From positions 231-64,230 of the forward strand of contig CAUUMU010000001.1 in assembly GCA_963546435.1 (NCBI GenBank): a DNA stretch of 64,000 nt. Reading direction: 5' to 3'. Under the pieces are notes generated by a model. That model made no database searches. It had not been told where the DNA came from and saw only the letters and a list, made by a program, of their open reading frames with translations. The position numbers and the translations under genes were made by a program. This DNA is from an uncultured Candidatus Saccharibacteria bacterium. GTDB lineage: Bacteria > Patescibacteriota > Saccharimonadia > Saccharimonadales > Saccharimonadaceae. This document shows, piece by piece, positions 48,089-58,202 of the stretch; the first letter of the stretch is position 1, and the number at the start of each line of letters is the position of its first letter.

Positions 48089-49163
48089 TCCTCGCTTTCA
48101 TGATCTTATCTTTTGTTGTAATCTTTACAATACTACCAATCTGGCAGTCACCGCTAATCATCGCGTAGCCGCGCCGCAGCGCCATCTCTGGGTCGTATTC
48201 AGCGATCATTCGTTGTTGCGACGATATCGCATTTTTAGCAATCTCGACGCGGCGCGACCACTGTTCAAGCGCCGCTTGTTGCAACATTGTTATGTGAAGG
48301 TGTTGCTCCGTAATCTGCTGCTGAATCACATCCGCTACGCCGCCCAGCCGCAGCTCCAACTGCCGCCTCACCTCGTGTTTATCCGGAAACAATATCTGAG
48401 CGGCGTTGCTCGGTGTGGCCGCCCGCACATCAGCCGCCAGATCGCACAAACTCTCGTCAACCTCATGCCCGATGCCAGTCAGCACCGGCACGCGGCTACC
48501 AGCCACCGCTCGCACCAAGTGTTCGTCATTAAAACTCGCGAGGTCCTCCGCGCTACCACCGCCGCGAATCAGCACAATCACCTCTGGCGGCTCCGCCAGC
48601 TGATTACAATGAGCAATCGCCCGCACCGCCTGATCGGCCGCGCCGTCGCCCTGAACTTTGATATTAGCGACGATAAACTGCACCCCACCCCAGCGCTCAC
48701 CGGCAATTTTCATAAAATCTGCGTAGCCCGCCGCCTGGGTGCTGGAAATGACCGCCACGCGGGCAGGATATGGCGGCAAGGGGCGCTTGCGTTCAGTATC
48801 GAACAGCCCTTCGGCCGACAGCTTCGCCTTGAGGAGCTCGGCGCTACGCTTGAGGTGACCCGCACCCAGTGGCTTGACCTCCTGTACCGTTAGGCTAAAC
48901 TTACCCTTGGCAGTTAGCTTGGCCGAGGCTCGCACCACCACGCGCATCCCTTCCTCAATCGGTGTCCTGAGCTGCCACGCCATCATGAAACAATTAACCG
49001 CGCTCTCGGCGTCCTTGAGCGTAAAAAAGACAAACTTCTGCTGACGCACCGTGAACTCGGCAACCTCACCTTCGACCTCGACGACCGGGACAGCGGTCTC
49101 CAGCACCTGATTGACGACCGCTACAAAATCGCTAACGCTAAACCGCGGCGCCATCGTCATCAT
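48066..49163 (-). CDS. xseA: exonuclease VII large subunit
   Basis: FFTLKD, RGGGSAEDL, GIGHEVD, RAATPS. Confidence 0.95.
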   Translation of the reverse strand: MMTMAPRFSVSDFVAVVNQVLETAVPVVEVEGEVAEFTVRQQKFVFFTLKDAESAVNCFMMAWQLRTPIEEGMRVVVRASAKLTAKGKFSLTVQEVKPLGAGHLKRSAELLKAKLSAEGLFDTERKRPLPPYPARVAVISSTQAAGYADFMKIAGERWGGVQFIVANIKVQGDGAADQAVRAIAHCNQLAEPPEVIVLIRGGGSAEDLASFNDEHLVRAVAGSRVPVLTGIGHEVDESLCDLAADVRAATPSNAAQILFPDKHEVRRQLELRLGGVADVIQQQITEQHLHITMLQQAALEQWSRRVEIAKNAISSQQRMIAEYDPEMALRRGYAMISGDCQIGSIVKITTKDKIMKARIESSEKR

Positions 49164-50226
49164 CTGGCCGCCCATATTTGATCAGCGCGTGCTGATAGAA
49201 CATATACCCAAAGACAATCGTCCCCGTTAGTAAAATCACCCGCGTCAGCACAATTCCAGCGATAGCGACGTCCGGCGCCACACCGGTCATGCTCAGAAAA
49301 ACGATCATAATTGCTTCGTACACGCCCGCACCACCCGGCGTAAAGGCCACCAGGCTAGCCAGCCCTGCCACGCCGTAGCCGATGATCAGCACCGCTGGAT
49401 TGACCGACACGCCCAGTGCCCAAAACGCCACGATGAACATCAATACATCAAAGATGGCATAAATCGCGCCCCAGACCAGCGGCTTGATGAGTAGGCGCCG
49501 GTGCTCCGATAGCTCCACAAAATCATCATGCATCTCAGCAAAAAACGCTTCAATTTTCGTCGAAACCAGCAGCCGCTTGATTTTGCCCAGTGTCGCCCAG
49601 CGCACTACCGCGTTGATCAGCCGCGACACCCGCACCGCCGTGTTGTGCATACGCTTTCGCGACGAGAACATAAAAATCAGCCCAAATGTTAGCGCCAGCA
49701 CCACTAGCACTAGAAGGAAACTTGACGTCACGATGTAGCGATTTACCTGCCCGTCAATTGACAAGATTAACACCGCCATAATCAGCAGCACCATCAACGA
49801 CAAAAAGCCCGTCACATAGCGGATCACCTGAGCAAATGTCGAGCGCGCCGAGCTGACGCCGAGCTTGTGCATCCGCCACGTCGTGTAGGAAATGCCGCTG
49901 ACGCCGCCTGACGGAAAAATGTGATTGACCAGGTTTAGTTCTAGCGCAATCCGTGTCTGCTCAAACCGCGAGATATGCCCGATCAGTTTTTTGTCGCGAA
50001 GATAGGCAAAAATCATCTCGCCGCCCGCGAAATAGACGATAATTTGAAACGGCAGCAGCAACATCAATAGCCAGATATTTGCCCGGCCGAGCAGCTCCCA
50101 CGCCCGCATCAGTTCCGCACGCGACAGAAAAATGATCAGTACCAGCACCGCCAGCGTCACGATACTCATGATCGTCCGCGGTGACTTTAATGCCTCCAAA
50201 AGTTGCCGTATCCCTTTTGATACCAT
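49138..50226 (-). CDS. LPG-synthase TM / flippase-like (UPF0104) protein
   Basis: Multi-TM; TPGGAGVYE motif. Confidence 0.8.
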   Translation of the reverse strand: MVSKGIRQLLEALKSPRTIMSIVTLAVLVLIIFLSRAELMRAWELLGRANIWLLMLLLPFQIIVYFAGGEMIFAYLRDKKLIGHISRFEQTRIALELNLVNHIFPSGGVSGISYTTWRMHKLGVSSARSTFAQVIRYVTGFLSLMVLLIMAVLILSIDGQVNRYIVTSSFLLVLVVLALTFGLIFMFSSRKRMHNTAVRVSRLINAVVRWATLGKIKRLLVSTKIEAFFAEMHDDFVELSEHRRLLIKPLVWGAIYAIFDVLMFIVAFWALGVSVNPAVLIIGYGVAGLASLVAFTPGGAGVYEAIMIVFLSMTGVAPDVAIAGIVLTRVILLTGTIVFGYMFYQHALIKYGRPDDDDGAAV

Positions 50227-50266
50227 ATCGTCAATTATATCACGCGGTTTTTGCTATAATCAAACC

Positions 50267-51601
50267 ATGCATATCGCCCTGCTTGGTCGCCAGCCAGAGA
50301 TATCGCTCGCCGAACTTGCGGCGGTGTTTGGTGTAGATAACGTCAATCGCGTCAGTCAGCAATTTGCCGAAGTTCAAACGTCTGACTTTAACATCACTAC
50401 CCTGGGCGGCACTATCAAATGTGCCAAAGTGATCACCGAGCTACCAGTCAGCCGCACTGATAAAGCCTCACTCCTCGCCACTTCGCGCTTCATCACCCAG
50501 CATTATCAAGCCAAATGGGCGCACTCGCCACATAAAATCACCCTCGGTCTCAGCGCTTATAACCTAGCCATTACCGCCCGCGATGTCCAGAAAACCGGAC
50601 TAATCCTCAAATCATCCCTAAAAAAATCTGGCACCAGCCTCCGCCTCATCCCCAACGATCAGTCCGCCCTCTCTACCGCCACCGCGCATAACAATAAGCT
50701 CGGCAGTTCGCCGCACAAGGTCGAGCTGTTGCTCGTCAAAACGACCGACCGCCGCCTGATCATCGCCGAAAGCCGCGGCGTCCAGAATATCACCGCCTAT
50801 ACCCGCCGCGACCGCCATCGTCCCAAACGCGACGCCTTCGTTGGCATGCTGCCACCCAAATTAGCGCAGATTATGCTGAATTTAGCGCTAGGTGCCGGGT
50901 CGCTGGCTCATCACAGATCGTGCAGCAATTCTGCGGCGGGAGCGGCTTTCAGCCTCTCTGATAAGTCGATGGTTCTGCGGACGACGTTGCCGGATGCATT
51001 CAACTTGGAGGAGACGGCTGGAAGCCGACCTGTTGTAACAATCCTCGACCCGTTATGCGGCACCGGCACCGTCCTGCAAGAAGCGCTGCTTGCTGGCTAC
51101 GATGTCGTCGGCACCGACCTCAGCCAGAGAATGGTTGATTACACCGCCGAGAACCTGTCATGGCTACAATCGACGTTCACCGCGCCCAGCCGACCAATTA
51201 GCCGTGTCATTGACATTCACCAAGCCGACGCCACCACCCACCGCTGGTCAAACAGCGAGAAACTCACTGCCGTCGTCTGCGAGACCTACCTTGGCCAGCC
51301 CTTTTCCGCACCGCCCGCACCCCAAAAATTAGCAGAGGTTGTCGGCAACTGTAATCACATTATCACCGGCTTCCTCACTAATATCCGTCCGCAGCTAGCT
51401 CCAAACACGCCGTTATGCATCGCCGTGCCAGCGTGGTACGACGCATCCGACCAGGCCACTCATGTGCCGCTGATAAAGCACCTCCGACAGCTCGGTTATC
51501 ACCACCTCAACCGTCGTACACCACTCATCTACCGCCGCCCTGACCAGGTCGTCGCCCGCGAGCTACTTATCTTGCTGGCTGTCCAAGCACCGGACGATTG
51601 A
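50267..51601 (+). CDS. TRM11-like RNA methyltransferase with in-frame insertion
   Basis: GMLPPKLAQIM, ILDPLCGTGT, ETYLG; start placed after TGcTATAAT. Confidence 0.75.
   Translation: MHIALLGRQPEISLAELAAVFGVDNVNRVSQQFAEVQTSDFNITTLGGTIKCAKVITELPVSRTDKASLLATSRFITQHYQAKWAHSPHKITLGLSAYNLAITARDVQKTGLILKSSLKKSGTSLRLIPNDQSALSTATAHNNKLGSSPHKVELLLVKTTDRRLIIAESRGVQNITAYTRRDRHRPKRDAFVGMLPPKLAQIMLNLALGAGSLAHHRSCSNSAAGAAFSLSDKSMVLRTTLPDAFNLEETAGSRPVVTILDPLCGTGTVLQEALLAGYDVVGTDLSQRMVDYTAENLSWLQSTFTAPSRPISRVIDIHQADATTHRWSNSEKLTAVVCETYLGQPFSAPPAPQKLAEVVGNCNHIITGFLTNIRPQLAPNTPLCIAVPAWYDASDQATHVPLIKHLRQLGYHHLNRRTPLIYRRPDQVVARELLILLAVQAPDD
50897..51031. repeat. palindromic element in frame inside the methyltransferase
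   Basis: CGGCTTTCAGCCTCTC (50943-50958) pairs with GAGACGGCTGGAAGCCG (51011-51027). Confidence 0.65.
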
Positions 51602-52262
51602 GCCGTAACGCCGGATCATAGTCTGCGAGCTGTCCCAAACGACCCACCAACTCCTTTTCCAAAAGATCAAGCTGCGCTTGACGCGCCTCTGCTGCTTGCT
51701 CGGCCACAGAAGGAGTGATCGCCTCCGGATGATACTGCTGACACATTGCTAGTAAATCCCTAGCGCCCAGACCAATCCGCCGCTGATTCAACGCCATGAC
51801 CAAAAACGCCAAGGTCGGCCGCGCCTGCTCGATTATTTTCGTCGTCATTTGTTGATCAGTATCAGCAAACATCTCTCGCCCAATCTGGCCCAATAGTCCA
51901 TCCACCATATTCGCTCCAGCTGACGCATACCGCCCCTCACCCGTAGCGTAGTGCGCCAGCGGCTCGGAAAGCGCCACCTCAACCTTTGCTGTTTCACCGC
52001 TCTCGTACCGCAGTATCGCTGCAATCGTCTCTTCTGGTGTCGTCTGACCATTAACACCGCGCTCAGCAACCTCTGCCGCCGCCGTCTGTACCGCGTGCAA
52101 TGCCTGCAGCGCCTCTCCATCACGAGGCGTTTCTCGAGATTCGTACACAGCACCACCGAATGCCACTGCGCCAACAGTACCCAAGCCACCCAGTAGTACC
52201 GTTCTTCTATCCACTCGTCTGTTGAAAATAGCTTCCATTGTCGTCATATTCTGCCCATTCAT
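51567..52262 (-). CDS. hypothetical protein with RR-containing N-terminal hydrophobic segment
   Basis: VDRRTVLLGGLG followed by a hydrophobic stretch. Confidence 0.65.
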   Translation of the reverse strand: MNGQNMTTMEAIFNRRVDRRTVLLGGLGTVGAVAFGGAVYESRETPRDGEALQALHAVQTAAAEVAERGVNGQTTPEETIAAILRYESGETAKVEVALSEPLAHYATGEGRYASAGANMVDGLLGQIGREMFADTDQQMTTKIIEQARPTLAFLVMALNQRRIGLGARDLLAMCQQYHPEAITPSVAEQAAEARQAQLDLLEKELVGRLGQLADYDPALRLNRPVLGQPAR

Positions 52263-52369
52263 AGCCCCTAGTTATATAACACTTGGCTAATCAAGTAAAG
52301 CCCCTTGACTTTTTATCAGCCGTCACTTATACTGATACGGATTAGGTTTAGAAAATTTAAGGAGTTTCA

Positions 52370-52642
52370 ATGTCAAAAGTCAAAGCTGGTGGCTCAAGTA
52401 AAAACATCCACAACAACCCTGGCCAACGCCTCGGCGTCAAGCGTTTCGGCGGCCAAAAAGTCAACGCCGGCGAAGTACTCGTCCGCCAAACAGGCGCTAC
52501 CAAGGTCGCTGGTGCGGGCGCGTACATGAGCCGCAACTACACTATCCATGCCGCCAAGTCCGGCGTCGTTACCTTTAAGCGAGTCAAGAAAACCAAGTTC
52601 ACCGGCAAAACCGAGCGACGCACTCAGGTTTGCGTTGGCTAG
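52370..52642 (+). CDS. rpmA: 50S ribosomal protein L27
   Basis: GGSSKN, RLGVKRFGG, VRQ.G; TTGACT-N17-TATACT promoter and AAGGAG RBS. Confidence 0.95.
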   Translation: MSKVKAGGSSKNIHNNPGQRLGVKRFGGQKVNAGEVLVRQTGATKVAGAGAYMSRNYTIHAAKSGVVTFKRVKKTKFTGKTERRTQVCVG

Positions 52643-52764
52643 TCAGCACTATTCTATGACCTGCTATCCCGGCGTCCAGATTGCACCCATTTGATTACAC
52701 CCGTTCATTTAGCTGCCTATCCCGCTACGCTAGTAGTATTTGAGCGGCTAGTTTCTCCAGGCAA

Positions 52765-53145
52765 CTACGACACACCCAAATGATGCTTTACTCGCGCTAC
52801 CACGTCGCCGATCACCACTTGTGACTTGACGAGGTATTCGTCTACGCCCAGTGCTTCTGCCCGCTCCCGGTCTTTCTGCTGACTCAGCGCCGTTAGCATG
52901 ATTACCCGCACATTGGTTGTCTCCGGCGTATTACGCAGGATGTCAAGTACGTCAAAGCCACTGATTTTCGGCATCATCGCATCCAGTACGATCAAGTCCG
53001 GCCGAAACGCCACCGTTGCCGACAGTGCGTCCTCGCCATTATGCACCTCACGAATCTCAAAGCCCTCCAGCTCGAGCCGCGACCGATAGACTGCCGCCAG
53101 TGCCGTGTCATCTTCAACTAATAGTATTTTTTTCCTGTGTTGCAT
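52765..53145 (-). CDS. single-domain response regulator
   Basis: LVEDD, LDAMMP, YLVK. Confidence 0.9.
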   Translation of the reverse strand: MQHRKKILLVEDDTALAAVYRSRLELEGFEIREVHNGEDALSATVAFRPDLIVLDAMMPKISGFDVLDILRNTPETTNVRVIMLTALSQQKDRERAEALGVDEYLVKSQVVIGDVVARVKHHLGVS

Positions 53146-53168
53146 ATCCTTGCCCTCCTTTTTTGAGT

Positions 53169-54347
53169 CTAGACACTCTTTGCTTTCTCTAACTGTGGGT
53201 CACGCCCATTATCCGCCGCCCCAGTCGTCATCTCGACCTTGACATCCGGCTCGATACCTGACTTATCAATATTCTTGCCATGCGGCGTATACCAGCGCGC
53301 CTCGGTCACTTTCAAAATCGAGCCATCCGCCAGATCAATTGGCCGCTGCACGCTACCCTTACCATAGGTTTTTTCGCCGACCAGCGTTGCCTTGTCATGA
53401 TCTTTGAGCGCCCCTGCCACAATCTCACTAGCACTGGCACTACCACCGTTAACCAGCACAACTGTCTTGATATCACCGAGAAGCGGCTGGCCGGTCGATT
53501 TCTCCGTCGAGATAACCTGCTCGCCACGCCGTTGGGTCATCACCACCTGATTATTCAGCCACAGCCCCGCTAGCGCTTGTGCGGCCGCCACCGTACCACC
53601 AGGATTTCCCCTGAGATCGAGGATGACTTTCTTGACACCTGCCGAACGGAATTCCTCGGCGGCTTGGCGCGCTTGCTTGCCGGTGTCATCATTGAAACGG
53701 CTCACTGTCAAAACACCGATCTCACCATCAATCTTCCACTCGGCAGCCGGCGCGACGACTTTCTCGCGCGTCACTGTCACGTCTTTACGTTCGCCACCAC
53801 GCGACAATACCAACTTGACCGTCGTGCCGACATCACCGCGAATGCGCTGCACCACTTGATCAACCGGCATATCAGTCACCACCGTGTCATTAACCTTGAC
53901 GATGACATCACCAGCTTTGATGCCCGCCTTTTCGGCTGGGCTATTTTTGAGCGGTCGGATAATCGTCGGCACGTTATGTTTCTTAGCAATTTCCGCCCCG
54001 ATACCGCCACCAATATTGCCCGACAAGCTCTTTTCAAACTCCTTGGCTTCATCCGGATCCATGTACGCCGTGTGCGGATCGCCCGTCGCTGCCACCATAC
54101 CGCGCGCCGCCCCACGCGTAAGTGCTTGCTCATCCAACTTACCATCATAATGAGCCTTGAGCTCACGGTACACGCGCTGCACCGTTGATAAATCCAGCGA
54201 CCCCGTCGCCGTCCTGAGACCAAACAGCGACCCGACCTGCGCCATGATCAGATCCGACCGCGTCCCGGCCGCAAAACTCACAATCGCAATCAGCAGCCCG
54301 CCCAAAAACAAGCGAGCCCGCGTTCCTACCCTCCGTTGCTCTGTCAT
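53169..54347 (-). CDS. S41A carboxy-terminal protease (PDZ)
   Basis: GIG, DLRGNPGG, SASASE, TYGKGSVQ. Confidence 0.92.
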   Translation of the reverse strand: MTEQRRVGTRARLFLGGLLIAIVSFAAGTRSDLIMAQVGSLFGLRTATGSLDLSTVQRVYRELKAHYDGKLDEQALTRGAARGMVAATGDPHTAYMDPDEAKEFEKSLSGNIGGGIGAEIAKKHNVPTIIRPLKNSPAEKAGIKAGDVIVKVNDTVVTDMPVDQVVQRIRGDVGTTVKLVLSRGGERKDVTVTREKVVAPAAEWKIDGEIGVLTVSRFNDDTGKQARQAAEEFRSAGVKKVILDLRGNPGGTVAAAQALAGLWLNNQVVMTQRRGEQVISTEKSTGQPLLGDIKTVVLVNGGSASASEIVAGALKDHDKATLVGEKTYGKGSVQRPIDLADGSILKVTEARWYTPHGKNIDKSGIEPDVKVEMTTGAADNGRDPQLEKAKSV

Positions 54348-54362
54348 ATATCTATTGTACAC

Positions 54363-54390
54363 AAAAACCCCCGCTGATGCGAGGGTTTTA
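54363..54390 (-). terminator. intrinsic terminator
   Basis: AAAACCC-CGC/GCG-GGGTTTT hairpin downstream of the CHAP gene. Confidence 0.65.
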
Positions 54391-54406
54391 TTGACTCATC
54401 GTGCTA

Positions 54407-55540
54407 TTAAAAATACACGTAGGTTAGGCCCGAGGCTAAACGCGTATACTTTCGGTACAGACCGTCCCACGCCAAGTTATAGTCGCTGACCGTAATTGTG
54501 CCGTCACCATTAACCGACTCGACGTACATCACGTGTCCATAATAGCCAACATTCATAACCGCTGCTGCGCCAGCCTTTGGTGTCGAACCGCTCTGGATGC
54601 CGTATCGCGCCGCTGTTGATGGCCACTGATTAGCGTTACCAGCCCCACCAAAGTGTGGCACAAACCGACCGGTACTGTGGATCTTCCAGGCCACATAGCT
54701 CACGCATTCGCGCGTATATAGGCCCCATGGATCGACGTAAGCATCCAGTGGTGCATTCGCCCAGACGCCTGGATAGCCGCCACCACCCGGGATACCACCC
54801 GGAATTGACACCCCGCCAAGCGCTCGCCGGTTAGCCGCCGCCTGCTCTTCGCGCAGTTTCGCTGCTTGGTTATTCCGCTGCGTTGCCAAGGCTGCATAGG
54901 CATTCTGGTCGTTCTTGGTGTCATTAACCAGCTTGGCCTGCTCTGCTTGCTTGGACGCTAGTTGTGTCTGCTGAGCCTTCTGGTCTTTGAGCACATTCTC
55001 AACTGACTTTTTATTTTCTTCTAATTTAGCCTGCAGCGCCTTAATTTCCTTGATCTTATCGTTCAGCGATGATCGCAAGCTACTACGTTGCTCCTGCTTA
55101 TCAACATAGTCGCCGATTGATTTGGAGCTCGCCAGCATCTCGAGCGGCGAAATCTGATCATCGAGGTAAATATCTGACAAGATTTTACCCATGACCTTGC
55201 GGTTCTTTTCAATCGCTAGCTTATTCTTAGCAATTTCAGCAACCAATGCGTCGTGCTTTTGCTGACTCTTGGCAATTTCCGCCCGAATTGAATCGATCTG
55301 CGCGTTAATGCGCCCCAGCTCTTCCTCCAGCGTCGCTGCCATCGTCCCGAGACGATTGGCCTCGTTCTGCGCCTGTTGCGCCTGTTGGTTGAGAGCGTTA
55401 ATTTCCGCGTCATAGTCACGCGCGAATACGTGTGGGCCGAGCTGGAACACGCCAGCGCCCAAAACAACAGCACTAACCGCCACGAGAGCTGCCCGTGTGG
55501 CTCGTGATGTCGAAACTGGTGTGGTGGACCGTATCTTCAT
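54407..55540 (-). CDS. coiled-coil plus CHAP peptidoglycan hydrolase (PcsB/CwlO-like)
   Basis: Signal peptide, coiled coil, ECVSYV, GNA..W, GHV; follows ftsEX. Confidence 0.88.
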   Translation of the reverse strand: MKIRSTTPVSTSRATRAALVAVSAVVLGAGVFQLGPHVFARDYDAEINALNQQAQQAQNEANRLGTMAATLEEELGRINAQIDSIRAEIAKSQQKHDALVAEIAKNKLAIEKNRKVMGKILSDIYLDDQISPLEMLASSKSIGDYVDKQEQRSSLRSSLNDKIKEIKALQAKLEENKKSVENVLKDQKAQQTQLASKQAEQAKLVNDTKNDQNAYAALATQRNNQAAKLREEQAAANRRALGGVSIPGGIPGGGGYPGVWANAPLDAYVDPWGLYTRECVSYVAWKIHSTGRFVPHFGGAGNANQWPSTAARYGIQSGSTPKAGAAAVMNVGYYGHVMYVESVNGDGTITVSDYNLAWDGLYRKYTRLASGLTYVYF

Positions 55541-55622
55541 TGCTTTTTATTTTAGCACAAGCGACATATGGACGTCAAGCGCCTTGGCTCAGTAAATATT
55601 CAGGGGTCAGCGACAAAATAAC

Positions 55623-56624
55623 TTATAATTTTAAGTATTTGCGCGTCGCGATCAATGACGAGACAATGCCAATCACCGCACCGATCATAATCATCGCCAG
55701 CACCACCAGTCCAGCATACGTGGTGCCAATATTCATCAAATTATCCATCGGCAGCCGTACCGCCAGCTTGTCATGTGCCGAGAACAACAACAGATACCCG
55801 ACTCCTGAGGCCACCAGTGCCGCGATAAATCCATACATAACCGCCTCGACGATAAATGGCCCGCGAATAAACCCACGATCAGCGCCGATCAGTTTCATCA
55901 TCTGGATCTCGTCTTTACGGTTAAAAATTGCCATCCTGATGGTGTTAAACACCACCAGCGACGAAATCACCACAAACACCACCGTAGCGATCGAGCCGGC
56001 GATACTGGCAAACCGCACCCAGTCACCGATGGCGTTGATCGCCTCACGCCGATCACCGATGAACGACGGCTCCTTGGTCGGGTCTTTATGCTTTTTGTAC
56101 AGTTCATCATGCTTGGTAAACTCAATCAGTGGTCGCTGGTCGTTCAAATCCTTGAGTGAGGCTCGAAGCGATGCTGGCATTTCATTGCTTGATTCTTTGA
56201 TCGCCTCAAGAAACGCCGGGTCATTCTTGTGCTGCTCAATCTGTTCTTGCCGCGCCTGCTCTGCTGAAATATACGTTACCTTTTCGACATTGTGGAGCTT
56301 ACTCAGGCGCGATATCAACTCATCAATCACCTTTTGCTCGGTTGAGCCTTTGAGGAAAATTGACATATCCGCCTTGCGTGAAATTGTATCGACCGAGTCA
56401 ACCAGCACTTGGCGGGCGGCTATAGTGAGGGCGATGATCAATAGCGTCACCGCCATCACCGCAGTCGCTGCAATCGTCAACCAGGTGTTACGGCTAAAAT
56501 TATTGATACCATACCGGCACATTCGCCAGAACGTCAGCACTCGACGGCGACGCTGCCGCGTGCGCTTAAGGACTTTGGGATCGACGCGCGCCTTGGCGGC
56601 GGCTTTACGTGAAATATCGGTCAT
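55623..56624 (-). CDS. ftsX: cell division permease FtsX
   Basis: NTIRMAIFNRKDEI..MKLIGA...IRGPF. Confidence 0.92.
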   Translation of the reverse strand: MTDISRKAAAKARVDPKVLKRTRQRRRRVLTFWRMCRYGINNFSRNTWLTIAATAVMAVTLLIIALTIAARQVLVDSVDTISRKADMSIFLKGSTEQKVIDELISRLSKLHNVEKVTYISAEQARQEQIEQHKNDPAFLEAIKESSNEMPASLRASLKDLNDQRPLIEFTKHDELYKKHKDPTKEPSFIGDRREAINAIGDWVRFASIAGSIATVVFVVISSLVVFNTIRMAIFNRKDEIQMMKLIGADRGFIRGPFIVEAVMYGFIAALVASGVGYLLLFSAHDKLAVRLPMDNLMNIGTTYAGLVVLAMIMIGAVIGIVSSLIATRKYLKL

Positions 56625-57304
56625 TGCTTGTAACTCCCCTTGGCTTGATCAGAGGTGATTTTACCGTGATCAATGGTGATCACCCGGCGTTTGAGCTTGT
56701 TCACAATATCAACATTGTGCGTCGTCAGCAGCACCGTGGTACCGTATTTGTTAATTTTTTCCAGCAAGCGCACAATATCCCAGCTGTGCTTGGGGTCGAG
56801 GTTACCGGTCGGCTCGTCAGCGATCAAGATCTTTGGCTGGCGAACCACCGCCCTGGCAATTGCCACTCGCTGACGCTCACCGCCAGATAGCTGATGCGGG
56901 AAATTCTTTTCCTTGCCCTTCAGCCCCACCAGCTCGATCACCTTTGGCACCGTTGATTTGATCTCACGATTAGTCATGCCGGCAATCTCCAGCGCAAAAG
57001 CCACATTCTCAAACACCGTCCGGTTTGGTAGCAACTTAAAATCCTGAAACACCACACCGATTTTGCGCCTGAGCAGCGGGATATGCTTGTCCTTGAGCGT
57101 GTCGTAATCAATCCCGCCGACAACAATCTTGCCACCAGTCGGCTTTTCCTCGCGGGTCAGCAGCTTGAGTAGCGTCGACTTCCCCGCGCCCGATGTCCCG
57201 ACCAGAATCACAAACTCACCCGGTTTGACATGAACACTCACCCGGTTCAAGGCCGGCTTGTTGTCCTTGCCATACGTTTTGGTAACCCTATCTAACAAAA
57301 TCAT
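56621..57304 (-). CDS. ftsE: cell division ATPase FtsE
   Basis: GTSGAGKS, VFQDFKLL, LSGGE, ADEPTGNLD. Confidence 0.95.
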   Translation of the reverse strand: MILLDRVTKTYGKDNKPALNRVSVHVKPGEFVILVGTSGAGKSTLLKLLTREEKPTGGKIVVGGIDYDTLKDKHIPLLRRKIGVVFQDFKLLPNRTVFENVAFALEIAGMTNREIKSTVPKVIELVGLKGKEKNFPHQLSGGERQRVAIARAVVRQPKILIADEPTGNLDPKHSWDIVRLLEKINKYGTTVLLTTHNVDIVNKLKRRVITIDHGKITSDQAKGSYKQ

Positions 57305-57372
57305 TTCCACTAGTATAGCAGATTTTTTGGGATGGTGCGAATCAGCGCAGCAAACCATGCTACACTAGACAT

Positions 57373-58202
57373 ATGAAACCTTCAGCCACATTACTCAATC
57401 GCATCAGTATCATGTTTATCGCCCTCAGTGTCATCGGGGTCGGGTTAATGATTATCAGCAATATCAGCGTGCCATTCCTGCCAGATACGTTTGACGCGGC
57501 ACGACCGCAAGACACCTGGTCATGCTGCGAGGCTCCTGGACAAACTGCCAATGCTTTACGCTGGCCACTCTTCCTGGTCGGCGGCTTACTCCTGTTTGTT
57601 AGCATCGTCTGGGGTATATATTACCTCGGACGTGGACTACGACAGCTCGTGGGGCAATCACCTGATGAGTCAGCGCAACCTGTACGGCGCACCTATAGGA
57701 TACTGGAGATTGGCTTGCGACTATTGGCGCTACTTATGGTCATATCGCTTGGCGCCACGCTTATATGCCTATTCCTCACACCCCACGTCACGCTACTACA
57801 AGACATAGCACACAGCGGTATTTTCGTATATATCATGTACGCTGCGACTGGACTGCTTCTGGCTACTGGCTGTCTCGCCTTGCCGCTTTATACGCTTATT
57901 GGCACCAACCGCTGGCAGAACACAAGGCAATTACCGATAAAAATCGATGGCTCGCACGCCACACGTCGACACTGGTATGGTACAGCCTCGCCATGGTGTG
58001 CTTTCTGGTGGGTACATGTGCGTGGCTCTATTACATCATCGGCGATGACACTAACCGAAAATATCCGATCGACGTTCTTGTCAGGCAAACTGCTTGGCCA
58101 TTTGGCGTACATTTCCTGTCCGTCATGGTCATCAGCCTCATCGCCTTTGCCGTGATGATCACCATTGCTATCTTCCGTCAGCCACGCGATTCACGCAAAT
58201 AA
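57373..58202 (+). pseudogene. multi-TM membrane protein with an apparent 1-nt frameshift near 57878
   Basis: TM pattern of the first frame continues in frame 57765-58202. Confidence 0.55.
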
